Of a stretch of DNA of 64,000 nucleotides, positions 46,422 to 56,274 are shown piece by piece. The notes beneath the pieces were generated by a model that did no database searches, was not told where the DNA came from, and saw only the letters and a list, made by a program, of their open reading frames with translations. Source of the DNA: Candidatus Competibacter sp. (GTDB lineage Bacteria > Pseudomonadota > Gammaproteobacteria > Competibacterales > Competibacteraceae); assembly GCA_035447285.1 (NCBI GenBank), contig DAOTGT010000001.1, forward strand, positions 8,198 through 72,197. Reading direction: 5' to 3'. A program made the position numbers and the translations under genes. Numbering within the stretch: position 1 is the first letter of the stretch; each line of letters starts with the position of its first letter.

Positions 46422-47039
46422 TTAGGCTAGGCTGGCCAACAGCCGTCGGGTTTCCCGCAGCAAGGGATTGCGCCGCAGCAGCAGCGTCAGTCGGCCGCCG
46501 CCGCTTTGCCGCCACAAGGCCGCCGCGCGGATGCCGGCCAGTAGCAGCGCCCGAATCCGATTGCTGTTCTCCGGGTTGTTCAGGTGAACCGGTGCGCCGC
46601 TGACCATGATTCGCGGCGACAACGTGCTCAGACTGTGCAGATAGATCTCGGCGAAACGAGCGATGGAGTTGCTGTGTTCGATCGGAAAGTGCGCCAGATT
46701 CGGGATGATGTTCTCGATGCCGCTACGGATGGCCCGCAACAGATCGGCGCGTTGGGAGAGCTTGCGTTCTAGGCTCAGCAGCGTCACCACGTAGCGGGTC
46801 AGTTCCATGTCTCGCGGGTTGCCGAGCTGCTGCTCCAGTAGTTGCAGTCCGGTGCGCAGCCGGAGAATGCCGTCGTACACATCGTCGCTGCTGGCGGCAT
46901 CGATCTTGATCAGGCTGTTCAGGCAGGTTTCGACATCCATCGGGTTGGCTTGGCCGCGGCGGGCGATGCCGCGCACCAGTTCGGCGGCTTGCAGCACGCC
47001 GGCGAGAGCGATGGCGCGATCACGGTCGGTTTGGGGCAT
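46422..47039 (-). CDS. hflD: high-frequency-of-lysogenisation protein HflD homolog
   Basis: 205 aa. DRAIALAGVLQAAELVRGIARRGQ is a typical HflD start. It sits in the conserved position next to mnmA. Confidence 0.82.
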   Translation of the reverse strand: MPQTDRDRAIALAGVLQAAELVRGIARRGQANPMDVETCLNSLIKIDAASSDDVYDGILRLRTGLQLLEQQLGNPRDMELTRYVVTLLSLERKLSQRADLLRAIRSGIENIIPNLAHFPIEHSNSIARFAEIYLHSLSTLSPRIMVSGAPVHLNNPENSNRIRALLLAGIRAAALWRQSGGGRLTLLLRRNPLLRETRRLLASLA

Positions 47040-47069
47040 GAGCGTGAAATCGGGGTTGCGGAGTTGGAT

Positions 47070-48158
47070 TCAATCCCAGGCGGCATCGATCGTTCCGCCG
47101 CCCAGGCAATTGTCGGCGAGATAGAAGACGATGGACTGTCCGGGGGTGATGGCGCGCTGTGGTTCCACAAACCGGACCGTGGCGCCCCGTGGGTCCAGCG
47201 CGTCCAGCACGCAAGCCTGATCGTGCTGACGGTAGCGGATCTTGGCCTGACAGCGCAACGGGGTGGTGGGTGCTTGTCCGGTAATCCAATGCAGCTGCGA
47301 GGCGCGTAAACACCGGTGGAACAGGGCGGGGTGGTCGTGACCCTGCACCACGATCAGGGTGTTGCTTTCCAACTCCTTGCTGGCGACGTACCAGGGCGCG
47401 CCGCTGCCATCGCGCCGGCCACCGATGCCCAGACCCTGTCGCTGACCGATGGTGTGAAACATCAAACCGGCATGTTCGCCCAGCAGTTCTCTGTCCAGGG
47501 TTCGGATCGGCCCCGGTTGAGCTGGCAGAAAACGGTTCAGAAACTCCCGGAACGGGCGTTCGCCGATAAAGCAGATACCGGTGCTGTCCTTTTTGGCATG
47601 GGTGACCAGACCAGCGTGGGCGGCCTTATCCCGCACCTCCTGCTTGTGGAGGTCACCGACGGGAAACAGTGCGCTGGCCAGTTGGGATTGGTCGAGTCCG
47701 TACAGAAAATAGCTCTGATCCTTATTCGGGTCGCGGCCCTTGAGCAGGTGCTGATGGTCATCGCGCGCCTCGCGCCGGACATAGTGGCCGGTAGCGATAC
47801 ACCGGGCGCCCAGTCGGCGGGCGTGGTCAAGGAAAGCCTTGAACTTGATTTCGGTGTTGCACAGGATGTCCGGGTTGGGGGTCCGGCCATGGCGGTATTC
47901 GTCCAGAAAATAGCGGAACACCCGTTCCCGATATTCGGCGGTGAAGCTAACCTGATGCAGGGGAATGCCCAGTGTGTCGCACACCGAGCGTGCATCCTCC
48001 AGATCCTCGGCGGCGGAACAGTAACCGACTTCGTGGGAATCTTCCCAATTTTTCATGAACACACCATGCACATCGTGGCCCTGTTCGACCAGCAACAGGG
48101 CGGCCACCGAGGAATCCACACCGCCGGACAGGCCCACCACGATCCGGTTTTTTAGCAT
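47070..48158 (-). CDS. mnmA: tRNA 2-thiouridine(34) synthase
   Basis: The PP-loop [17 protein letters not shown], with the blocks CNTEIKF and KDQSYFL. Listed ORF 48257 is over-extended by 33 codons. Confidence 0.95.
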   Translation of the reverse strand: MLKNRIVVGLSGGVDSSVAALLLVEQGHDVHGVFMKNWEDSHEVGYCSAAEDLEDARSVCDTLGIPLHQVSFTAEYRERVFRYFLDEYRHGRTPNPDILCNTEIKFKAFLDHARRLGARCIATGHYVRREARDDHQHLLKGRDPNKDQSYFLYGLDQSQLASALFPVGDLHKQEVRDKAAHAGLVTHAKKDSTGICFIGERPFREFLNRFLPAQPGPIRTLDRELLGEHAGLMFHTIGQRQGLGIGGRRDGSGAPWYVASKELESNTLIVVQGHDHPALFHRCLRASQLHWITGQAPTTPLRCQAKIRYRQHDQACVLDALDPRGATVRFVEPQRAITPGQSIVFYLADNCLGGGTIDAAWD

Positions 48159-48256
48159 TGGGAGCTCATTGAAAAATTGGGATGTAATGATGCGAATGGA
48201 GAAATATAGGATACCAAACGGATCCCGTCGGGACAGTGCCTGCTCACCGCCGACCA

Positions 48257-48285
48257 AAGAAAAAGGCCGAACCGGGGGTTCGGCC
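48257..48285 (-). terminator. intrinsic terminator after the phasin gene
   Basis: The minus strand reads GGCCGAACC-ccc-GGTTCGGCC followed by TTTTTCTTT. Confidence 0.7.
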
Positions 48286-48318
48286 TTGTGGGGACGGATG
48301 CGGCTTATTTGATGCGGC

Positions 48319-48663
48319 TTATTTGCCGATGCCGGCCAAGCTGTCCTGTACCAGCTTGTCGAATTCGGCCTTGAAGCGCGTGGTCAGATCGGCCAGTGCC
48401 TTGGCGTCGTCCATGAACTTCTGATTCAGACTGGAGATCGACTCGGACTGCGAGGTCAGGAACGCCTGTAAACTGGCGGGATCGCTGATGTCGGCGGCGC
48501 TTTTCATCCGGTTCATCGCCATATCGACATAGGATTGCAGGGCGTTCATCTGAAAATTGACCAAGGCTTCCAGGTTGGTGGCGGACAGCTTGTTGGCCTT
48601 GATCACCGGAGCCAGGAAGTTCTGATACTGCTCGGACATTTTGGCTAGGGCATCGTTGGTCAT
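48319..48663 (-). CDS. phasin-family PHA granule protein
   Basis: 114 aa, all-helical. [47 protein letters not shown] matches the phasin pattern. A GGAG RBS precedes the start. Confidence 0.82.
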   Translation of the reverse strand: MTNDALAKMSEQYQNFLAPVIKANKLSATNLEALVNFQMNALQSYVDMAMNRMKSAADISDPASLQAFLTSQSESISSLNQKFMDDAKALADLTTRFKAEFDKLVQDSLAGIGK

Positions 48664-48840
48664 GGCGGTGGTTTCTCCACAAGTGATCGATTGATGAAAA
48701 ATAGCATAAAGGAGCTTTTGTTGCAGTGCAATATAAATACGGATTTTTTTGCAGTGCAGCAAAGCGGCAGTGTTTGACCGGCTTGGCGTCCAGTCGGCAT
48801 TCACGGATAATAATGACCTTTGCGGCGATGGATAATTCCC

Positions 48841-49737
48841 ATGTGGTTCAAGAATATGACCTTATTTCGCTTGGTTGAACCATTGCCGCTTTCGGCCGAG
48901 ACGCTGGCGGCGCAACTGGAGCAGCGCGCCTTCCAGCCCTGTCCCAGTCATCAACCGAGCAGTACTGGCTGGGTACCGCCGCTGGGCCGTAAAGGACGCG
49001 ATCTGGTGCATGCCGCGACGGGCCGGCTGCTGCTGTGCCTTCGGACCGAGGAAAAAGTCTTGCCGGCGGCCGTGCTGAATCAGATGGTGGATGAGCGCAT
49101 CGCCGAGATGGAAGATCGAGGGGGGCCAGTGCGGCGACGCGAAAAGCAGGAGCTGCGCGAACGGATCGTGAGCGAACTGCTGCCTCGCGCCCTGTGCCGG
49201 AGCCGGCATGGCTATGCTTATCTCGATCCAGCGGCGGGCTGGCTGGTGGTGGGCAGTGCCAGTCCGCGCGGGGTGGAAGAGTTGACCGGAATGCTGCGCA
49301 AGACGCTGGACACCTTGCCGATCGCGCCACCACGGGTGCGGCAATCGGTGGCGGCAGTCATGACGGCGTGGCTGGCCGAGGGCCAGGCCCCCGCGGAATT
49401 TACCTTGGGCGATATCTGTGAGCTACGGGAGGCGGGAGAAACCGGCGGAGTCGTGCGTTGTCGCGGCCAGGATTTGGCGGGTACCGAAATCCGCGCCCAT
49501 CTGGCTGCGGGGAAGGAAGTGACCCGGTTGGGCCTGTGCTGGAACGAGCGGATCGCCTTTGTGCTTGATGAAGCGTTGGTCATTCGTCGGCTCCAATTTC
49601 TCGATGTGGTCCGGGAGTCGTTACGGGATATCGCGGATTCCCCGGAGGCAATATTCGATGCCGAGTTCGCGCTGATGACCGGCGAGCTGGCGCTGCTGGC
49701 GCCGCGGTTGCTGGATGTGTTCGGGGGTGAGGCGTAG
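48841..49737 (+). CDS. rdgC: recombination-associated protein RdgC
   Basis: MWFKNMTLFRL... is the canonical RdgC start. 298 aa. Confidence 0.9.
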   Translation: MWFKNMTLFRLVEPLPLSAETLAAQLEQRAFQPCPSHQPSSTGWVPPLGRKGRDLVHAATGRLLLCLRTEEKVLPAAVLNQMVDERIAEMEDRGGPVRRREKQELRERIVSELLPRALCRSRHGYAYLDPAAGWLVVGSASPRGVEELTGMLRKTLDTLPIAPPRVRQSVAAVMTAWLAEGQAPAEFTLGDICELREAGETGGVVRCRGQDLAGTEIRAHLAAGKEVTRLGLCWNERIAFVLDEALVIRRLQFLDVVRESLRDIADSPEAIFDAEFALMTGELALLAPRLLDVFGGEA

Positions 49738-49823
49738 ATATTCGGCATCAAGCCGAAACAGGCGCTAGATTTGGATAATACGACGGGCAGTACATCATTT
49801 CGGTGGCCCGATAAAGGCGGCAC

Positions 49824-50867
49824 ATGAGCGGTTGGCAACTGACAGGCGTGATTGGATTGCTGGTGGCGCTGGTGAGCATTGTGTTCGCCGGCTGGCTGAT
49901 GCTGCGTTTTATCCAACAGCATAAGCAGCGAATGGAAAGACGGTTGGAGGCATTGAAGAAAGCGGCGGCGGAGAAAGCGGCGGCGGAGAAAGCGGCGGCG
50001 GAGAAAGCGGCGACCAAGCGAGCGGCCGCGGAGCGGCTGACAGCCAAACGAGCGGCGGCGGAGAAAGCGGCGGCGGAGAAAGCGGCGGCGGAGAAAGCGG
50101 CCGTGGAACAGGCCATCGCCGAGTGGGCGGCGGCCGAACAGGCCGAGGCCGAACGTGTCCAGATTAAGCGCACCACGGTGGAGCGACGGGAATCCGAGGA
50201 AGTCGAGGCGCGGATGCGCGCTGTCGAAGATGCCATCACCGAATGGTTGGATGTGGAACGCGAAGGCAACCGGATGGCCGCCACCGTCGCCGCTAAACCG
50301 GGCAAGACATCGCAAAAAACCTACACTCGGACGGAAGCGATCCGTCAGCAGGTGCGTACCACCGCCGAGAAGGTCGAGAAGGAGGCTCAGGAACTGGAGT
50401 TCATCAAGAATCGCATTGAAGCCGGGGTGGATTTTCTGCCGATCGAATTCAAGCAAACCATTGATGACTGGAAAGCAGGACGGGTTTTTCGCACCAGTAC
50501 TTTCGAGGATCTCAAGCTTAAATTCCGCTACAAAGCCTACTCGGTCGAGGACGGCTACGAGTTGCTGTATCAGTACAACGAGTGGATGGCCCAGCAACGC
50601 GAGAAACTCCGGGTGTTTATCCGCCTGCTGGGTACCGAGGTGAATAAGGGAGAGAGCATTCAGGCTGCCATTGAGCAGGCGGAGCGCAGCGAGCGGCAGA
50701 AATACCTGGAGATGGATGTCGATGTGATCTTCACCCTGCGCGAGGTCCGTACCATTTTGGACCGGCTGATCGGCATGGAGACCATTCTCAAGGATCTCGA
50801 AATGGTCTGTCGCAAGCGTTCCGAACAGATCATCACTCCATCCTGGGAGGCGAAGGGGTCGTTATAG
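49824..50867 (+). CDS. membrane-anchored hypothetical protein with AAAEK pentapeptide repeats
   Basis: An N-terminal TM helix (GVIGLLVALVSIVFAGWLML) is followed by an Ala/Glu/Lys-rich repeat helix and a ~200-aa C-terminal domain with no recognisable family. Confidence 0.65.
   Translation: MSGWQLTGVIGLLVALVSIVFAGWLMLRFIQQHKQRMERRLEALKKAAAEKAAAEKAAAEKAATKRAAAERLTAKRAAAEKAAAEKAAAEKAAVEQAIAEWAAAEQAEAERVQIKRTTVERRESEEVEARMRAVEDAITEWLDVEREGNRMAATVAAKPGKTSQKTYTRTEAIRQQVRTTAEKVEKEAQELEFIKNRIEAGVDFLPIEFKQTIDDWKAGRVFRTSTFEDLKLKFRYKAYSVEDGYELLYQYNEWMAQQREKLRVFIRLLGTEVNKGESIQAAIEQAERSERQKYLEMDVDVIFTLREVRTILDRLIGMETILKDLEMVCRKRSEQIITPSWEAKGSL
49959..50103. repeat. 15-bp in-frame tandem repeats (two blocks of three)
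   Basis: AAAGCGGCGGCGGAG occurs three times at ~49959..50009 and again three times at ~50050..50100. The two blocks are separated by a degenerate version of the repeat. Confidence 0.9.
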
Positions 50868-50880
50868 GTACAGTCGTTTT

Positions 50881-51606
50881 TCAGCCACGTCCACCCAAAT
50901 ACGCCCGCCGCACCTCAGGGTCGGCCAGCAATTCCTCGCCGGTTCCCGACAGGCGGATTTCGCCGTTGACCAGCACATAGCCGCGTTGGGCGAGCTTCAG
51001 CGCGTGATGGGCGTTTTGCTCCACCAGAAAAATGGTGGCGCCGCTGTCGCGAATTTCCCGGATCGTGGCGAAGATACGCTGCACCATCAGCGGCGCCAGT
51101 CCCAGACTCGGCTCATCCAGCAGCAGCAGGCGGGGCCGGCTCATCAACGCCCGGCCGATCGCCAACATCTGCTGCTCGCCGCCGGAGAGCGTGCCGGCCC
51201 GTTGATGGCGCCGTTCCTTGAGACGGGGGAACAGCTCGAACACCTTGATCAGGTCGGCATCCCTGTGATCCATCCCGACCGGTATCGCGCCCATCAGCAG
51301 ATTTTCCTCCACGCTCATCGCCGCAAAGATCCGCCGTCCTTCCGGGGCTTGCGCGATGCCGCGCTTGGCGATCTCGTGAGTCGGCAGGCCGGTGATGTCG
51401 TGGCCCTGATAACGGATCCAGCCCCCGGCAGGCTGTGGATCGCCGAACAGGCTCATCAGCAAGGTCGATTTGCCTGCTCCATTGGCGCCGATCAGGGTCA
51501 CGATTTCGCCAGCATCGATGTGCAGGGAGACTTGGCGCAAGGCATGGATCGGGCCGTAGCGGGCATCCAGTTCGTGAATTTGCAACAACGGCTCGCTAGG
51601 ACTCAT
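50881..51606 (-). CDS. livF: branched-chain amino acid ABC transporter ATP-binding protein
   Basis: 241 aa. Walker A GANGAGKST, signature LSGGEQQML, Walker B LLLLDEPS. Confidence 0.92.
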   Translation of the reverse strand: MSPSEPLLQIHELDARYGPIHALRQVSLHIDAGEIVTLIGANGAGKSTLLMSLFGDPQPAGGWIRYQGHDITGLPTHEIAKRGIAQAPEGRRIFAAMSVEENLLMGAIPVGMDHRDADLIKVFELFPRLKERRHQRAGTLSGGEQQMLAIGRALMSRPRLLLLDEPSLGLAPLMVQRIFATIREIRDSGATIFLVEQNAHHALKLAQRGYVLVNGEIRLSGTGEELLADPEVRRAYLGGRG

Positions 51607-52489
51607 CGTCGTTTACCGCATCGGTTCCAAGATAGGCCGCCAACACGGCCGGATGGTGCGCCACGGTGTGCGGATCGCCATCGGCGATGACCTCGCCATA
51701 GTCCAGGACCACGATATGCTCCGATAGCCTCATCACCAAGCCCATGTCGTGCTCGATCAGCAGGATCGTGACTCCATGCTCGTCGCGCAACTGACGGATC
51801 AACTCGCTCAATTGCTCGGTCTCGCGGGGATTCAATCCTGCCGCGGGTTCGTCCAGGCACAGCAAGCGGGGACCGGTGCACATGGCGCGAGCGATTTCCA
51901 GGCGCCGCTGGTGACCATAGGGCAGCTCTCCAGCCAGACGGTTGGCGTCCTCGGCCAGCCCAAACACCTTGAGCCAAGCGTAAGCGCGTTCCAGGGCATC
52001 GCGTTCGGATTGGCGATAGGCCGCGGTTTGCAGCAGGCCCGCCACCAGGTTACGGTTGAGTTGCAGGTGTTGGGCGACCAACAAGTTTTCGATCGCGGTC
52101 ATTTCCTTGAACAACCGCACGTTCTGGAAGGTACGCGCCACTCCCGCCCGGGTCACCCGATGGGTGCCACCGAACATCTTGTAATACAGCCGGTTGGCAA
52201 AGGCCGCCGGGTTGACCAGGTCACTGGCCTGAAATGGCTGACCGAGGATCTGAATCAGGTCGATGGCGGCGCGCGGAGTATGCAGCGCGATCCGACCTTC
52301 CGTCGCTTTGTAAAAACCGGTCAGGCAATTGAATACCGTGGTCTTACCGGCGCCATTGGGTCCGATCAGGGCCGAGATCGAACCGTGCCTGACTTCGAAA
52401 CTGATATCGTTGAGTGCCAGGATGCCACCGAAACGCATGGTCAACCCGGCTACTTCCAGAAGCGGCGGGTGAATCGGGTCGCCGGTCAT
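51596..52489 (-). CDS. livG: branched-chain amino acid ABC transporter ATP-binding protein
   Basis: Walker A GPNGAGKTT, LPYGHQRRLEIARA and LLCLDEPAAG. The ATG at 52489 overlaps the livM stop (ATGA). Listed ORF 51596..53473 is an over-extension. Confidence 0.92.
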   Translation of the reverse strand: MTGDPIHPPLLEVAGLTMRFGGILALNDISFEVRHGSISALIGPNGAGKTTVFNCLTGFYKATEGRIALHTPRAAIDLIQILGQPFQASDLVNPAAFANRLYYKMFGGTHRVTRAGVARTFQNVRLFKEMTAIENLLVAQHLQLNRNLVAGLLQTAAYRQSERDALERAYAWLKVFGLAEDANRLAGELPYGHQRRLEIARAMCTGPRLLCLDEPAAGLNPRETEQLSELIRQLRDEHGVTILLIEHDMGLVMRLSEHIVVLDYGEVIADGDPHTVAHHPAVLAAYLGTDAVNDDES

Positions 52490-53796
52490 CGACACAACCC
52501 CTTGACCTCGAAGGCGCGTCGCCGGGGGCGAATCAGGCCGCGCGGTCGCCAGATCATCATCAGCACCATCAGCACCCCGAAGGCAAACACCCGGTAGTCG
52601 GCGAAGGCGCGCAGCAATTCGGGCAGGATGGTTAGCACCAGCGCCGCCACGATCACCCCGGTCGTTGAACCCAGCCCGCCCAGCACCACGATGGCGACGA
52701 TCAATGCCGATTCGAAGAAGTTGAACGATGTGGGGTTGATGAAGCCCTGATAGGTGGCGAAGAACACCCCGGCGATGCCGCCCACCATCGCTCCCATCAT
52801 GAAAGCCGATAGTTTGACCAGAACATGGTTGATGCCCAGGGCGCGGCAGGCGATCTCGTCCTCGCGCAACGCTTCCCAGGCACGGCCCACCGGCATATTG
52901 CGCAGGCGGGTGACCACGACCACCATCAGGCAGACGATCAGGAACAGTGCTAGGTAGATGAAGATGAAACGGTGCAGTGGGTCGTAGCTGATCTGGAAAT
53001 ATTCGTGAAAGGGCACTCCACCGTCTTTGGCGGTGCGGGTGAATTCCAGGCCGAACAGTTGGGGAGCCGGAGCGGAGACACCGTTGGGACCGCCGGTGAA
53101 TTCCAGCCAGTTGTTCAGCACCAGGCGGATGATTTCGCCAAAGCCCAAGGTGACGATGGCCAGATAGTCGCCGTGCATCCGCAGCACCGGGAAACCGAGT
53201 ACGCCGCCGAACAGCGCCGCCAGCATCGCCGCCAGCGGCAGTGCGCTCCAGAAGCCCAGGTCGAGATACTGCGCGCCCAGGGCCAGGCCGTACGCGCCCA
53301 CGGCGTAGAAGGCGACGTAGCCGAGATCGAGCAGACCGGCCAGTCCGACCACGATGTTCAAACCCAGGCCGAGCAGCACGTAGATCATGGCCTGGATCAA
53401 TACCGTCAGCCAATACTTGCTGGCCAGGAATGGCAGGGTCAGGCTGACGGCAACGATGGCCAGTAGCCACCAACGCTGTCGGTCGCTTTCCGAGGCGCTG
53501 ACCACCAGCACCCCCGGTTGGCGACGGCGGGCATTGAACCGTTCGAGCGCCGCTTGTCCGGTCGGGGTGTGCATCGCCAAGGTCACCAGAAACCGGCCTG
53601 CGGCGATGATCGCGGCGATCAACAGCGGGCGTTGCAATTCATTCCTGACCTGATAGCCGTCCAGCACCAGGCCGACGATGGGACCAAACAGCAAGAGCGC
53701 CAAGGCGAAAGCTGCGGTCGCCTCCAGAACAGCTTGGCGGAAAACGAGATTCCAGCGAACCTCGGTCGTGGAGGAGGCAGCGGCAACGGGCGGCAT
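52486..53796 (-). CDS. livM: branched-chain amino acid ABC transporter permease
   Basis: 436 aa, polytopic. Typical LivM blocks (LGLNIVVGLAGLLDLGYVAFYAVGAY). Confidence 0.9.
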   Translation of the reverse strand: MPPVAAASSTTEVRWNLVFRQAVLEATAAFALALLLFGPIVGLVLDGYQVRNELQRPLLIAAIIAAGRFLVTLAMHTPTGQAALERFNARRRQPGVLVVSASESDRQRWWLLAIVAVSLTLPFLASKYWLTVLIQAMIYVLLGLGLNIVVGLAGLLDLGYVAFYAVGAYGLALGAQYLDLGFWSALPLAAMLAALFGGVLGFPVLRMHGDYLAIVTLGFGEIIRLVLNNWLEFTGGPNGVSAPAPQLFGLEFTRTAKDGGVPFHEYFQISYDPLHRFIFIYLALFLIVCLMVVVVTRLRNMPVGRAWEALREDEIACRALGINHVLVKLSAFMMGAMVGGIAGVFFATYQGFINPTSFNFFESALIVAIVVLGGLGSTTGVIVAALVLTILPELLRAFADYRVFAFGVLMVLMMIWRPRGLIRPRRRAFEVKGLCR

Positions 53797-53799
53797 GGT

Positions 53800-54717
53800 T
53801 TACACCTTCTCCACTTCCGGCTTACCGAGCAGGCCCGTGGGGCGGAAGATCAGCACCAGCACCAGCAGCGAGAAGGCGAACACGTCTTTGTAATCGGTGT
53901 TGACCATGCCGGAGAACAGCGCTTCCGCCAAACCGAGAATCAGGCCACCCAGCATCGCTCCCGGCAGCGAGCCGATACCGCCCAGCACCGCGGCGGTGAA
54001 GGCTTTGATGCCGGTGACGAAGCCGATGTTGAAATCGAAGGAGCCATAGTTCAGGGTAACCAGCACCCCGGCGATGGCGGCCATGGCCGCGCCGATGATG
54101 AACACACTAGAGATGATGCGGTCGGTGTTGATGCCGAGAATGGCCGCCATCCGTCGATCCTGCTGCGTCGCGCGGCATTGTCGGCCCAGCGAGGTGCGCT
54201 GGATCAGCCAGGTCAATGCAGCCATGCTGCTCAGCGAGATCACGATGATCATCAACTGCACCAGGGTGATCTGCACGAAGTCATCGCCTTCACCGAAGCG
54301 TAGCGTGGTCGGAATTAGGCTCGGTACGCCCTGCGTGCGGGCGCCTTGACTTAATTGCACCCCGTTTTGCAGTACCAGCGATACTCCGATCGCCGAGATC
54401 AGCGGCGCCAGCCGGGTCGATCCGCGCAGTGGACGGTAAGCGATGCGCTCGATGGTCCATCCATAGGCGGCGGTGATGACCATCGTCATGACCAAGGTTA
54501 CCAACAGGGCGAAGGGCAGCGAGTCCAGGCCAAACGAAAACAGCGTCGCCAGGCTGATGGCGGTCACATAGGCAGAGAGCATGTATACGTCGCCGTGGGC
54601 GAAATTGATCATGCCGATAATGCCGTACACCATGGTATAGCCGATGGCGATCAGACCATAGATGGAGCCCAGCGTCAGACCATTGACCAATTGTTGGGCA
54701 AGAATATGCCAATCCAT
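53800..54717 (-). CDS. livH: branched-chain amino acid ABC transporter permease
   Basis: 305 aa. LVNGLTLGSIYGLIAIGYTMVYGIIGMINFAHGD is the canonical LivH start. Confidence 0.93.
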   Translation of the reverse strand: MDWHILAQQLVNGLTLGSIYGLIAIGYTMVYGIIGMINFAHGDVYMLSAYVTAISLATLFSFGLDSLPFALLVTLVMTMVITAAYGWTIERIAYRPLRGSTRLAPLISAIGVSLVLQNGVQLSQGARTQGVPSLIPTTLRFGEGDDFVQITLVQLMIIVISLSSMAALTWLIQRTSLGRQCRATQQDRRMAAILGINTDRIISSVFIIGAAMAAIAGVLVTLNYGSFDFNIGFVTGIKAFTAAVLGGIGSLPGAMLGGLILGLAEALFSGMVNTDYKDVFAFSLLVLVLIFRPTGLLGKPEVEKV

Positions 54718-54786
54718 AGGAGTGAGGATGCTTAGGCGCGAGGAGATGGAAACCCTCCTCCTGGAGGAGGAGGGATCGAGGCAAGG

Positions 54787-55929
54787 CTACTTCTGAGCCA
54801 TTTCCTTATAGTTACCGTCAGCACCCCAGACGTAGATCGAAAAGCCGCTTTCTTTCAGATCGCCCTTGGCGTCCCATTTTTTCGGTCCCAGCACCGTCGT
54901 AACGGTATGGCTCTTCAGCCAATCCGCCAGCTTCTTGCCATCGGTGGATTTGGTGGCTTTCATGGCCTCGGCGATGCTTTGCAATGAAGCGTAGGAGTAG
55001 AGCGTATAGCCGGCCGGGTCAATGCCCGCCGCTTTGAATTTAGCGACAACCTTTTGCGCCGCTGGGATATTGCGGGCCTCGCGGACCGAGGTCATGTAGG
55101 AACCTTCGATGAACTTCGGACCGCCAGCCGCCGCCACGATGGCCGGGTCCAGACTGCCATCACCGGAGACGAAGGTGGCCTTGACGCCCTGATCGCGCAG
55201 TTGTCGCAGCAGGGGACCCGCCTCATTGTAGAGTCCGCCGAAGTACACTACGTCGGCGCCCGAACCCTTGATCTTGGTGACCAAGGGGTTGAAGTCCTTC
55301 TCGCCTCGGGTCAGTCCCTCATACAGCACTTCTTTCTTGTCCGCCTTGAGTTCCTTGAGGCGGGCGCGCATGGCGTCCGCAATACCCTGGCCGTAGGTGT
55401 CCTTATCATGCACTACAGCGATTTTCTTCGCTTTCAGCTTGTTCACGATGAAATCGGCCGCCATGGGACCTTGCTGGTCGTCGCGCCCGCACATGCGAAA
55501 CACGGTGGGCAGACCACGCTCGGTGACCTTGGGGTTGGTGGAGCCCGGAGTAATCACCAGGACGCTGGCATCAGCGTAAACCTCGGAAGCTGGGATGGTG
55601 GAGGATGAGCAGAAATGGCCAATGACCGCCGTCGCCTTATCCTGATCCAGCAACCGGTTGGCGACCGCGACCGCCTGCTTGGGTTCGCAGGCGTCATCAC
55701 CCTTGACCAGCTCGATCTGTTTGCCATTGATGCCGCCGGCGGCGTTGATTGCTTCGGCGGCCTGGGTGGCGCCGTTCCAGAATTGCTCGCCAAACGCCGC
55801 ATTGCCGCCGGTCATCGGACCGGCAACGCCGATCTTGATGGTTTCGGCGGCGCCAGCCAAGCCGCTCAGGCTCAGTCCGCCAGCCAGGACCATGGCCAAC
55901 AGGCCACGCGGAAAAGAAGGAAAATCCAT
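54787..55929 (-). CDS. periplasmic branched-chain amino acid binding protein (LivJ/LivK family)
   Basis: A signal peptide is followed by TIKIGVAGPMTGGNAAFG. An AAGGAG RBS precedes the ATG at 55929. Listed ORF 56046 is over-extended. Confidence 0.9.
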   Translation of the reverse strand: MDFPSFPRGLLAMVLAGGLSLSGLAGAAETIKIGVAGPMTGGNAAFGEQFWNGATQAAEAINAAGGINGKQIELVKGDDACEPKQAVAVANRLLDQDKATAVIGHFCSSSTIPASEVYADASVLVITPGSTNPKVTERGLPTVFRMCGRDDQQGPMAADFIVNKLKAKKIAVVHDKDTYGQGIADAMRARLKELKADKKEVLYEGLTRGEKDFNPLVTKIKGSGADVVYFGGLYNEAGPLLRQLRDQGVKATFVSGDGSLDPAIVAAAGGPKFIEGSYMTSVREARNIPAAQKVVAKFKAAGIDPAGYTLYSYASLQSIAEAMKATKSTDGKKLADWLKSHTVTTVLGPKKWDAKGDLKESGFSIYVWGADGNYKEMAQK

Positions 55930-56274
55930 GAAAGCACTCCTTGGGGATGGGTTAAAAACGGATCGGTGTGATTGACGCGGCCAATTCGAAGTGAGCGGCG
56001 CCAAAGGGGTCGACATTAGCTGGCCCCGCTTAATTCTTATTGACATTGCTCGATTTTGCCAGTTTTTGCAAAGCTTGCCGTGCCCACGCGGATCGTCCCC
56101 TAACGCCTACGTGTCGGAAACCGGGACGGTCGTTTTAAGTCGTTCTAACCAGCGCCGTCAGGAACCGCTTGGCGACCCTCGGATCAAGGAAACCTGTCTG
56201 GAGATCTGGCGCCGATCTGAAAGACAGGCATTGGTGCTCTTAGCTCTTGCCTTTCAAGCGAGTGTCGCTCGGCT

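Noticed and set aside
49218-50597. A 459-aa minus-strand ORF with RRRFL repeats
   Set aside because: It is antisense to rdgC and the AAAEK-repeat gene. Its repeats are the reverse reading of the 15-bp repeat. The plus-strand ORF has a proper TM anchor and start context.
51596-53473. A listed 625-aa ORF suggesting a giant LivG fusion
   Set aside because: The N-terminal 327 residues are an out-of-frame read through livM. The real livG starts at 52489, with an ATGA overlap to the livM stop.
56046-56061. A sigma-54-like TGGCAAAATCGAGCAA (minus strand) upstream of the liv binding-protein gene
   Set aside because: The GG-to-GC spacing is one nucleotide short of the strict -24/-12 geometry, and the -24 element is TGGCAA rather than TGGCAC.
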